Source of the DNA: Patescibacteria group bacterium
GTDB taxonomy: Bacteria > Patescibacteriota > Patescibacteriia > JACRDY01
Direction of reading: 5' to 3'
Assembly (NCBI GenBank): GCA_041653535.1
Contig: JBAZFH010000003.1
Location: 66,771-130,770 of the forward strand
DNA: 64,000 nt
Below the pieces are notes generated by a model. It was not told the origin of the DNA and ran no database searches. It saw nothing but the letters and a program-made list of their open reading frames with translations. The position numbers and the translations under genes are program-made. This document shows, piece by piece, positions 9,509-19,002 of this stretch. Numbering within the stretch: position 1 is the stretch's first letter; each line of letters opens with the position of its first letter.

Positions 9509-10741
9509 ATGTATTATATTATCGATCAAATAAAAGCGACGATCGTTACACTACGGGCCAATAAGGGTCGGTCGATTTTGACTTTGCTCGGAATCGTGAT
9601 TGGTATTACTTCGGTGATTATGGTTTTTTCGGCTGGGCAGGCGTTGCAAGCTTTTATTGATGGTCAAATGGATTCTTTTGGTAGTAATTATATCCAAATA
9701 GAGCCGCGGACTCCCGGCAAGAAACAGATGGAAGGGGTTGGTCCGAATGTTGTTACCACGCTTAAGGAAAAAGATCGGATTGATATTTTAAAAATATCAA
9801 ATATTCGAACAGCTTATAGCGCTGTTATGGGTCAAGAAAAAGCCTCTCGCGAATCTGAGTCGGAGAAACTAATGATTTGGGGGGTGTCTAGCGAATTTTT
9901 TGATATTGATACCGGTGAGATAGATATTGGTCGGCCTTTTAGTATCGAGGAGAATGCCAGCCAGGCAAAGGTGGTGTTGTTAGGCAGCGAAGCTAAAGAT
10001 AAATTTTTTGGTACCAGTGACGCTCTTGGTCAAAGCATTAGGGTTGCTAATCAAAATTTTACAGTCGTCGGCGTTTATAAGCCGCGAGGATCTTTGTCTT
10101 TTTTTAACATGGATAAGATGCTGGTAATGCCGGTGAAAACTTTGCAAAAAGAAATTTTGGGTATCGATTATCTGGTTTGGATCACCGCTCAGGTTGAAGA
10201 TAATTCTCAGAGCGAATATACGGCTTCGCAAATCATTGACGTGTTACGAAACAATCACAATATTACTGATCCGGATCGTGACGATTTTGAAGCAGTGACT
10301 CAAGAGCAAGCCAAGCAGATTATCAATACAGTGGTTAACGGTATTACCGCGTTGCTTTTAGTATTGGTAGCGATTTCGCTGCTTGTCGGCGGGGTAGGAA
10401 TCATGAACATTATGTATGTTTCGGTGACCGAGCGAACCTACGAAATTGGTCTGCGAAAAGCCGTTGGAGCAACACCAGGAAATATCTTAACCCAATTTTT
10501 GCTGGAAGCCGTAACTTTAACTTTCACCGGCGGGATAGTGGGAGTGGTTCTTGGTTCGATTTTATCTTTTACCATTTCTTTGGTCGCCACTTATCTTGGA
10601 TTCAATTGGAGTTTTGACTTGCCAATAAACGGTATTATTATTTCTTGTATTTTTTCTATTGCCGTTGGTTTGATTTTCGGTCTTTATCCGGCAAAAAAGG
10701 CAGCGGCGCTGGATCCGGTGGAGGCTTTGAGGAGTGAGTAG
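9509..10741 (+). CDS. MacB-family ABC permease (second paralogue)
   Basis: GGVGIMNIMYVSVTERTYEIGLRKAVGA; LDPVEALRSE. Confidence 0.93.
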   Translation: MYYIIDQIKATIVTLRANKGRSILTLLGIVIGITSVIMVFSAGQALQAFIDGQMDSFGSNYIQIEPRTPGKKQMEGVGPNVVTTLKEKDRIDILKISNIRTAYSAVMGQEKASRESESEKLMIWGVSSEFFDIDTGEIDIGRPFSIEENASQAKVVLLGSEAKDKFFGTSDALGQSIRVANQNFTVVGVYKPRGSLSFFNMDKMLVMPVKTLQKEILGIDYLVWITAQVEDNSQSEYTASQIIDVLRNNHNITDPDRDDFEAVTQEQAKQIINTVVNGITALLLVLVAISLLVGGVGIMNIMYVSVTERTYEIGLRKAVGATPGNILTQFLLEAVTLTFTGGIVGVVLGSILSFTISLVATYLGFNWSFDLPINGIIISCIFSIAVGLIFGLYPAKKAAALDPVEALRSE

Positions 10742-10813
10742 GAAGTAGTGGATACTAACTGGTAGGCAACAAATAGTAAGTAGCGAATCGCAGCCTTGAA
10801 TGGTTGTTTTTTA

Positions 10814-11051
10814 GTTTGTTTTTTGACCAGATTCAGGCTTGCTAAAACCCTATAATTAGCAGTCTTGACCCCGCCCCTCTCAGACACGGTTTGGTTTTTT
10901 TGAGAGTAGGTGGTAGAAGCGGCTTCGCCTTTGGTCGGTGGTTATCAAAATCTTTCACGCTTCAAAGAGGCGGGGCGAGATGTGGTTCTAACCTGGTTTG
11001 TTTTTTGACCAGATTTAGGCTTGCTAAAATCCTATAATTAGCAGTCTTGAC
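10814..11051 (+). repeat. 56-bp direct repeat (10814-10869 and 10996-11051, 2 mismatches) flanking a 126-bp insert
   Basis: gtttgttttttgaccagattYaggcttgctaaaaYcctataattagcagtcttgac occurs twice. Confidence 0.9.
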
Positions 11052-11064
11052 ACGTGAGTGCTAA
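11038..11064 (+). promoter_or_regulatory. CIRCE operator (HrcA site) overlapping a -35 box
   Basis: TTAGCAGTC-N9-GAGTGCTAA, one mismatch to consensus; TTGACA at 11047 and TAAAAT at 11071. Confidence 0.9.
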
Positions 11065-11083
11065 CTGGAGTAAAATGATTTAT

Positions 11084-11776
11084 ATGGAAGATCGTACAGA
11101 AAAATTACTTACTTCAATAGTCAGAGAACACATAAAAACAGCCCAGCCGGTTGGATCTTCTTTATTGGTGGAAAAGTACCATCTGGACGTTAGTCCGGCT
11201 ACCGTGCGTAACGAAATGGCTTTGCTGGAAGAAGAGGGTTATATCGCTCAGCCGCATACTTCGGCTGGCCGGGTACCGACGGAAAAGGGTTATCGTTTTT
11301 ATGTGGAAAACTTTCTTTCGACTCGTGAAATGAAGGAAGTCGATCAGAAGAAACTAAAAGAAATGCTGAAAAGGTTTGCTGATGATCGCCGCTTGATGCT
11401 CAAAAATATTGCCAAAGATTTGGCAGAAATGTCGGGCCAACTGGTTTTTGTCGGTTTTGCACCTAATGATGCTTATTATACCGGAGTTTCCAATATTTTT
11501 TCTCAGCCCGAGTTTATCGAGAAAGGTTTGGTTTACGACCTCGGTGTAGTGGTTGATCATTTAGACGAAGCAATGAAAAAGATTTTTGACCTGCCGGAAA
11601 CTGCATCGCAAATCATGATCGGTTCCAAAAACCCTTTTGGCAATATGTGTTCAGCCGTAGTTGCTAAGTATCAAACTAAAGATGGCAATGAGATTTTGGG
11701 CTTACTTGGACCGATGCGCATGGATTATGATGCCAATGTCGGCATGGTGAATTTTATTAAAGAAATAATTAAATAG
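11084..11776 (+). CDS. hrcA: Heat-inducible transcription repressor HrcA (short form)
   Basis: PVGS, VSPATVRNEM, QPHTSAGRVPT, GPMRMDY; ATG 11084 chosen because it lies downstream of CIRCE. Confidence 0.93.
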   Translation: MEDRTEKLLTSIVREHIKTAQPVGSSLLVEKYHLDVSPATVRNEMALLEEEGYIAQPHTSAGRVPTEKGYRFYVENFLSTREMKEVDQKKLKEMLKRFADDRRLMLKNIAKDLAEMSGQLVFVGFAPNDAYYTGVSNIFSQPEFIEKGLVYDLGVVVDHLDEAMKKIFDLPETASQIMIGSKNPFGNMCSAVVAKYQTKDGNEILGLLGPMRMDYDANVGMVNFIKEIIK

Positions 11777-11786
11777 TGCAATATTT

Positions 11787-12302
11787 ATGGATGAAGATAA
11801 AAAAGTTAAAGAGGACCTAGATGATCAGGTTCAAGCCGAAGAAACTCAGGATGACGGAGTCGGTGCTGCCGAAGTTGATTTGGTCTTAGACTACAAAAAT
11901 AAATGGCTGCGGGCCGTGGCCGACTATCAGAATCTAAAAAAAGACACAATCAAGGAAAAAGAGGATTGGATCAAATTTGCCAATGCTGGACTTGTACTAG
12001 AATTAATCCCAATTCTTAACAATTTCAAAGAAGCAACCAAACATATTCCGGTTGATCAGCAAAAACTAGATTGGGTAGTAGGAATTTTTCATATTAAAAA
12101 GCAGCTGGAAGATGTCCTGAAAAATATCGGTATTGAAGATATGAAAACGGTTGGTGAAAAGTTTAATCCAGAGTTTCACGAAGCGGTTAGTCAGAGAGAA
12201 GAAAAAGGAGTCGACCCAGATCAGGTGATTGAAGAAGTACGTCCTGGATACACGATGCACGGTAAGGTGATAGAAGCGGCGAAGGTGGTGGTGAGTAAAT
12301 AG
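11787..12302 (+). CDS. grpE: Nucleotide exchange factor GrpE
   Basis: LRAVADYQN, GEKFNPEFHEAV, GYTMHGKVI..AKVVV. Confidence 0.95.
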   Translation: MDEDKKVKEDLDDQVQAEETQDDGVGAAEVDLVLDYKNKWLRAVADYQNLKKDTIKEKEDWIKFANAGLVLELIPILNNFKEATKHIPVDQQKLDWVVGIFHIKKQLEDVLKNIGIEDMKTVGEKFNPEFHEAVSQREEKGVDPDQVIEEVRPGYTMHGKVIEAAKVVVSK

Positions 12303-12361
12303 GAGGATAGGAGGATAGGAGGATAATTTTTTTCTTAACATCCTAACCTTATAACCTCCTG
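12299..12361. repeat. Intergenic octamer repeat pair, (taggagga)3 followed by cctaacct-like units
   Basis: ataggaggataggaggataggaggat ... atcctaaccttataacctcct. Confidence 0.8.
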
Positions 12362-12431
12362 ACATTTTAATAAATATAAATAAACCACCTACCGTGATTT
12401 TGCCACGGAGGTGAATAAGGAGAATAACAAT

Positions 12432-12854
12432 ATGTCACTAATCAAATGGACACCAATGTGGGATCCGTTCGAAGAAATGGATCAAGCTCTCGATTTTCCC
12501 ACCAGTCGGGGTATGCGGGCTTTTATTCCCGCGATGGACGTTTACCAAGACAAAGACAATGTTTACGTTGAGACTGCTTTAGCCGGAGTTGATCCGGAAA
12601 AAGTCGAGGTTTCTATCGAAAACGACGTCCTGACTATCAAAGGTACGACTGAAAAAAAGAGTGAAGTCGAAGACAAGGCTTATTACCGCAAAGAAGTGCA
12701 GCAAGGTAGTTTTTACCGCTCGGTAGCCCTACCCACGCATGTTGTCGGCGGTGAAGCCAACGCTGAGTACAAGGATGGTATTCTCAAAATCTCCGTACCG
12801 AAAGCCGAAGAAGTCAAGCCAAAGACTATCCAGGTTAAAGTAAATAAAAAATAA
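12432..12854 (+). CDS. Hsp20/alpha-crystallin small heat-shock protein
   Basis: PAMDVY, GSFYRSVALP, A.YKDGILKI.VPK; AAGGAG upstream of ATG 12432. Confidence 0.93.
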   Translation: MSLIKWTPMWDPFEEMDQALDFPTSRGMRAFIPAMDVYQDKDNVYVETALAGVDPEKVEVSIENDVLTIKGTTEKKSEVEDKAYYRKEVQQGSFYRSVALPTHVVGGEANAEYKDGILKISVPKAEEVKPKTIQVKVNKK

Positions 12855-12925
12855 TTTTCTCCAGACTGTCCGCCCCTTATTCTTTAGAGAGGGGGGCGGT
12901 AAGTGTGGAGAAAAAAAGTGGTGCT

Positions 12926-13189
12926 TTATAGGCACCACTCGGCGATTGATTGATCAGCAAGGGTACGACTTTGCTCCAGCCCATCGACGACTTCTCTGAC
13001 GGTATTAGCTTGTTTGATAGAATCAATAGCTCCACGAGGCAGGCATATTTCGCCGCAATGTTCTATTGCCGCTTGCAGGTCTTGCCGATTTTTGCCGTTT
13101 AGCACTTCCACCAAAGAATCGTCCAAAGAAAATTTACCAATTCCCAGGAAACGTAATGACTTAGCAATCAGCCTTTCGCATTCTTTCAT
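12926..13189 (-). CDS. Small hypothetical protein, weakly acyl-carrier-protein-like
   Basis: 87-aa ORF with a G-rich RBS, antisense within the chaperone cluster; pattern DL..AIE..GEI.LP...TVREVVD.LE. Confidence 0.55.
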   Translation of the reverse strand: MKECERLIAKSLRFLGIGKFSLDDSLVEVLNGKNRQDLQAAIEHCGEICLPRGAIDSIKQANTVREVVDGLEQSRTLADQSIAEWCL

Positions 13190-13240
13190 CGTTTCCCCCC
13201 CCTTCTGTCAATGTTAATTTGTCTAAGTAAATTATACTAA

Positions 13241-15205
<1,965 letters not shown>

Positions 15206-15235
15206 TATTTAGGTCTTAGTATATGGTATATAGGG

Positions 15236-15259
15236 CGGGCTCCGATTTATCGGAGCCCG
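15236..15259. other. Perfect GC-rich hairpin downstream of dnaK
   Basis: cgggctccgat-tt-atcggagcccg. Confidence 0.7.
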
Positions 15260-15273
15260 AAACCAAATCAATT

Positions 15274-15621
15274 ATGGATTACGCGACAAAATATCTGGGG
15301 AAAGTGGTGACGATCAAAATGGATCGGCCGATCGGTACCGAGCACCCCAAACATCCGGGTTTGATTTATCCGATCAACTACGGCTTTGTGCCGGGCAATT
15401 TTTCTCCTGATGGCGAAGAGACGGATGCTTATATTTTGGGTATTACTGAGCCGCTGACAGAGTTTACTGGTGTTTGTATAGCGGTCATCCACCGCACCAA
15501 CGACGCTGACGACAAACTAATCGTCGTGCCAGAGGGCACCAGCTTTACCGACGAACAAATAAAAGAATTAACATATTTTCAAGAAAAGTATTATCAGTCG
15601 GAGATAATTAGGAGCTGGTAG
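15274..15621 (+). CDS. ppa: Inorganic pyrophosphatase family protein (short family I type)
   Basis: DRPIG..HP, YPINYGFVP, DGEETDAYILG, DDKLIV; likely start ATG 15274. Confidence 0.8.
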   Translation: MDYATKYLGKVVTIKMDRPIGTEHPKHPGLIYPINYGFVPGNFSPDGEETDAYILGITEPLTEFTGVCIAVIHRTNDADDKLIVVPEGTSFTDEQIKELTYFQEKYYQSEIIRSW

Positions 15622-15677
15622 TTGGTAGTTGGGGATTAGAAAATTTTCTAACCACTAACCACTAACGACTAACCACT
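15614..15677. repeat. Intergenic heptamer repeat pair, (tggtagt)n followed by (ctaacca)n
   Basis: gctggtagttggtagttggg ... ctaaccactaaccactaacgactaaccacta. Confidence 0.85.
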
Positions 15678-15681
15678 ATTT

Positions 15682-15975
15682 ATGTCTCAACCAAATCAAC
15701 AACCAACCGAAATTAAACTTGCCGACAATATCCCGGGCGCGGATTACGCCAACTTTATGCAAGTCTCTCACACCAAAGAAGAATTTCTCATGATGTTTGC
15801 TAACGTCGCTGGACTTAGTGGTCGAGTTATTGGTAAAATCATTACCAGCCCCGGACATCTGAAACGGATTATCAAAGCGCTGCAAGACAACGTCAAGATG
15901 TACGAAGACAAATTTGGCGCGATAACCGAAGCCGAAGCGCCAGCAGGAAAAGAGATCGGGTTTACAGATAAATAA
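15682..15975 (+). CDS. DUF3467 family protein
   Basis: G.YANFMQVSHTKEEF..F, IITSPGHLKR...L.DNV..YE.KFG.I. Confidence 0.85.
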   Translation: MSQPNQQPTEIKLADNIPGADYANFMQVSHTKEEFLMMFANVAGLSGRVIGKIITSPGHLKRIIKALQDNVKMYEDKFGAITEAEAPAGKEIGFTDK

Positions 15976-15980
15976 GAAAG

Positions 15981-16068
15981 CAGGAGGATATGAGGGTAAG
16001 AGGATAGGAAATTTCCTAACCTCCTAACCTCCTAACCTCCTAACCTCCTAACCTCCTAACCTCCTATC
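15981..16068. repeat. Intergenic octamer array, (tcctaacc)6 abutting the dnaJ ATG, preceded by a purine-rich arm
   Basis: aggaggatatgagggtaagaggatagga, then six perfect tcctaacc copies at 16014-16061. Confidence 0.92.
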
Positions 16069-17166
16069 ATGTCAAAAAACTACTACGAAACTCTCGGCGT
16101 TCCCAAAACCGCCAGTGCTGATGAAATCAAAAAAGCCTTCCGTGAAAAGGCCCATCTTTATCATCCAGACAAAAAAGGTGGTGATGAGGCTAAGTTTAAA
16201 GAAATCAACGAAGCCTATCAGGCGCTGGGTAATCCCGAAAAAAGAAAGCAGTATGATCAATTTGGTCAGACCTTCAATGGCGCGGGTGGTCCCGGTGCCG
16301 GCGGATTTAACTGGCAGGATTTTGCGCGACAGGGCGGACACTCCAGCTCGGGCGCCAATTTTGACTTTGGCGATCTAGGTGACATCTTTGGCGGGTTTGG
16401 CGATATCTTCGGTTTTGGTGGCGGTGGGGGAAAGCGTTCTAGTCAACCGACTAAAGGCAGAGATATCGAAGCCGAAATCGACATCACTTTTGAAGAAAGT
16501 ATTTTTGGTGCAGAAAAAACCGTTGATTTGAAAAAAAATATTGTTTGCGATACTTGTGAAGGTTCTGGCGCCAAGCCGGGTAGTAAGATTACTACTTGTC
16601 CCACTTGCGGTGGTCGCGGTCAGGTAGAACAAGTTCAGCGGACATTTATTGGTAATATCCGTAGCGTTGGTGTTTGTCCACAGTGCGACGGCGAAGGAAA
16701 GGTTTTTGAAAAGCCATGCGAGAGTTGCGGCGGTAAAGGTATTAAGACTGGCAAAGAGCAGATAAAAATAAAAATCCCGGCGGGTATCTCCGACGGGCAA
16801 AGCATTCGCTTGTCAGGCAAAGGTGAGGCCGGCGAACGGGGAGTGCCGGCGGGAGATCTTTATATTACCGTTAATGTTTACAAAAATAATCGTTTTGATC
16901 GTCGCGGCGATGATATTTGGAATAAAGCAAGTATCACTTTTCGCCAAGCCGCGCTTGGTGACAAAATAGATGTTGATACTGTTCATGGTCCGGTTAAACT
17001 CAGTATTCCTGCCGGTACTCAGAGTGGCAAGGTTTTCAAACTTTCCGGCAAAGGCGTGCCACACCTTAATGCTTCGGGACAAGGCGACCATTATGTGGAA
17101 GTGACAGTTGTAACGCCGACACGTCTGTCCCGAGCGCAAAAAAAGGCGCTGGAAGAGTTGGACTAG
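16069..17166 (+). CDS. dnaJ: Chaperone DnaJ
   Basis: HPD J-domain, G/F-rich region, four CxxCxGxG motifs. Confidence 0.98.
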   Translation: MSKNYYETLGVPKTASADEIKKAFREKAHLYHPDKKGGDEAKFKEINEAYQALGNPEKRKQYDQFGQTFNGAGGPGAGGFNWQDFARQGGHSSSGANFDFGDLGDIFGGFGDIFGFGGGGGKRSSQPTKGRDIEAEIDITFEESIFGAEKTVDLKKNIVCDTCEGSGAKPGSKITTCPTCGGRGQVEQVQRTFIGNIRSVGVCPQCDGEGKVFEKPCESCGGKGIKTGKEQIKIKIPAGISDGQSIRLSGKGEAGERGVPAGDLYITVNVYKNNRFDRRGDDIWNKASITFRQAALGDKIDVDTVHGPVKLSIPAGTQSGKVFKLSGKGVPHLNASGQGDHYVEVTVVTPTRLSRAQKKALEELD

Positions 17167-17170
17167 GGGT

Positions 17171-17377
17171 TGTCATCCTGAGCCTGCGAAGGATCCCTCT
17201 TAATTACCCACGGAAGAAAAAGAACATGATAAAACGTAATCATCGACGATTACGTTTTATTTAATATTCATATGTATCTCTTTTTTGGAGGGATTCTTCG
17301 CTACCGCTCAGAATGACAGCAGGGTTGGATTTTTCGCAGAGTTTATCTTGAGCGTAGGCGAAGGACTCAGAATGACA
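17171..17377. repeat. Cluster of REP-like inverted repeats (tgtcatYctgagc...gaYccc family)
   Basis: 17171-17197 is an imperfect inverted copy of 17290-17318; a third ctcagaatgaca ends at 17377; internal 13-bp perfect hairpin at 17229-17260. Confidence 0.8.
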
Positions 17378-17382
17378 AAAAG

Positions 17383-17413
17383 AAAAACCGTCCGCGAGAA
17401 GCGAACGGTTTTT
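17383..17413. terminator. Bidirectional terminator-like hairpin
   Basis: aaaaaccgtccgc-gagaa-gcgaacggttttt between convergent genes. Confidence 0.65.
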
Positions 17414-17421
17414 GGTTGATG

Positions 17422-17754
17422 TTAGGTGGTGGTGGTTTGGTTTTTCTGGGGCAAAACCTTGTACCACAGAAAGAAAAATGGAACCAGGAACCCGGTAAAC
17501 GGCAGTATCGCCGGGGCGAGCAACACGATAAAGACTACTCCTATCGTGGTTTTTTTGGTCTGATATAGATTCGGAATCAGAAAGAACACGATAGTGATAG
17601 CCCAAGCCGCGATGTAGGCGACACCGAGCGGCATCCGGTAAGGAATCGGGTTGTCAAAAACGCCATTTTTCCAGGCGATAATTACCAGTCCGAGATAAAT
17701 AACCCCGCAGGCAAAGAATATGCCGTAGAAAAGGTTTTGGGTCTTTTTGGACAT
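17422..17754 (-). CDS. Hypothetical small membrane protein
   Basis: 110 aa, about 3 hydrophobic helices, AAGGAG RBS. Confidence 0.7.
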   Translation of the reverse strand: MSKKTQNLFYGIFFACGVIYLGLVIIAWKNGVFDNPIPYRMPLGVAYIAAWAITIVFFLIPNLYQTKKTTIGVVFIVLLAPAILPFTGFLVPFFFLWYKVLPQKNQTTTT

Positions 17755-17778
17755 TCAGCTCTCCTTGTCGCTAGGATG

Positions 17779-18813
17779 TTAGAAGGTGATTTGCATTTCA
17801 GTTAAGATTCGTTGGATTTCTTTGTCAATTGCCAGGTCGGCGTTGGGTAGGTCGGTAGAGTCGCTACCCAGAATGATTTTTGATCGCAAATGAGCGATAA
17901 GTAACGCGAAAGCCGCTTCTTTGCCGACATGGCTGCAAGCCAGATCGAAACGCCTGGGATGATCGGAGTCGATAATTTTTAGCGCGGAAATTATGGGGTG
18001 ATAGCGGTGTTTTTGTGTCAGTGCCGCCGCCAGAACTAGGGCATCTCCTTCGCTTTTTGCAGGAGTATTGCCACCGTGCAACGGACGCACCGTCCAGTCG
18101 TCGTCCAGTTTTTGCGGTGGTCGAACTTCTATTTCGGCGTGGGCAATAGCCCGCCAGTGTGGTTTGAAAAATGAATTGCCTTCCATCACCCAAACAAAAT
18201 GTACACCATCCACGACTCGAGTGACTCTTGGCGCGGTGGTCGTCTGGTAGGCTGGCGAACCTTTTTTGGCCCAATCGGCAGCTAAAAGAAGGGCGGCGGA
18301 AAAACCATCTACGGTGGCGCTATCGTAAACATTACAACCGGGCGTCGATTCGTCATAGTGTTTGACGTCGAATCTCGGGGGTTGATTATCCAAAAATTTT
18401 CCGGGCGGATCTTGTACGGAATAAGGAATGATGTTTACTCGATGGCCAGTAAGAGTGGCCCAGTAGTAATTAGAGCCAGTATCAGCCGGGATCAGGATAA
18501 AATACGCCCCTTCAAAATTAAAAGGAGTCGCATTGTTTTCAAAGATTGCCAGCGATTTAAAAACCGCGGTTATCTTGGAAAGGGGAACGTTCTTGATCCC
18601 TAACTGTTTTTCAGGTTGATACGTTTCCAGAATTTCCAGAGTTACGTTTGTTTTCGGCGCCGGATCGTCCGGCTTGCCGGTCATTTTGGCGGATTTAATC
18701 CAGGCGAAAAATCGGTGAAGACCGCCATGATCCGTCCACATATTTTCGGAACCGCGAAGGTATCTGGTTAATTCTTCCAATCCTTTTACGTCTAAATCGA
18801 TTTTAATGAGCAT
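17779..18813 (-). CDS. Hypothetical protein with no recognisable family
   Basis: Long ORF; AAGGAG upstream of ATG 18813; minus-strand TTGACA-N17-TAAGAC near 18881-18909. Confidence 0.75.
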   Translation of the reverse strand: MLIKIDLDVKGLEELTRYLRGSENMWTDHGGLHRFFAWIKSAKMTGKPDDPAPKTNVTLEILETYQPEKQLGIKNVPLSKITAVFKSLAIFENNATPFNFEGAYFILIPADTGSNYYWATLTGHRVNIIPYSVQDPPGKFLDNQPPRFDVKHYDESTPGCNVYDSATVDGFSAALLLAADWAKKGSPAYQTTTAPRVTRVVDGVHFVWVMEGNSFFKPHWRAIAHAEIEVRPPQKLDDDWTVRPLHGGNTPAKSEGDALVLAAALTQKHRYHPIISALKIIDSDHPRRFDLACSHVGKEAAFALLIAHLRSKIILGSDSTDLPNADLAIDKEIQRILTEMQITF

Positions 18814-19002
18814 TTCCAGTCTCCTTGCAGGCACCGCCTGCTGTTGTTACACGGCACCGCCGTGGTAAGGTGATGGTCTAGTCTTATCAGGATGTTGATT
18901 TTTTGTCAATGTTTTTAGTAACGGTATTTAGAACAAATTGGCATTATCTTCAGAGATTGGGCACTAGGCACTAGACATTAATTATGCTAATATTTTACTG
19001 CT

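Noticed and set aside
16014-16061. (tcctaacc)6 and other short arrays as a CRISPR array or telomere-like repeat
   Set aside because: Contiguous 7-8 bp units with no spacers and no cas genes in the window.
17261-17605. 114-aa minus-strand ORF
   Set aside because: Overlaps the SD-led membrane gene in another frame and reads through REP-like repeats.
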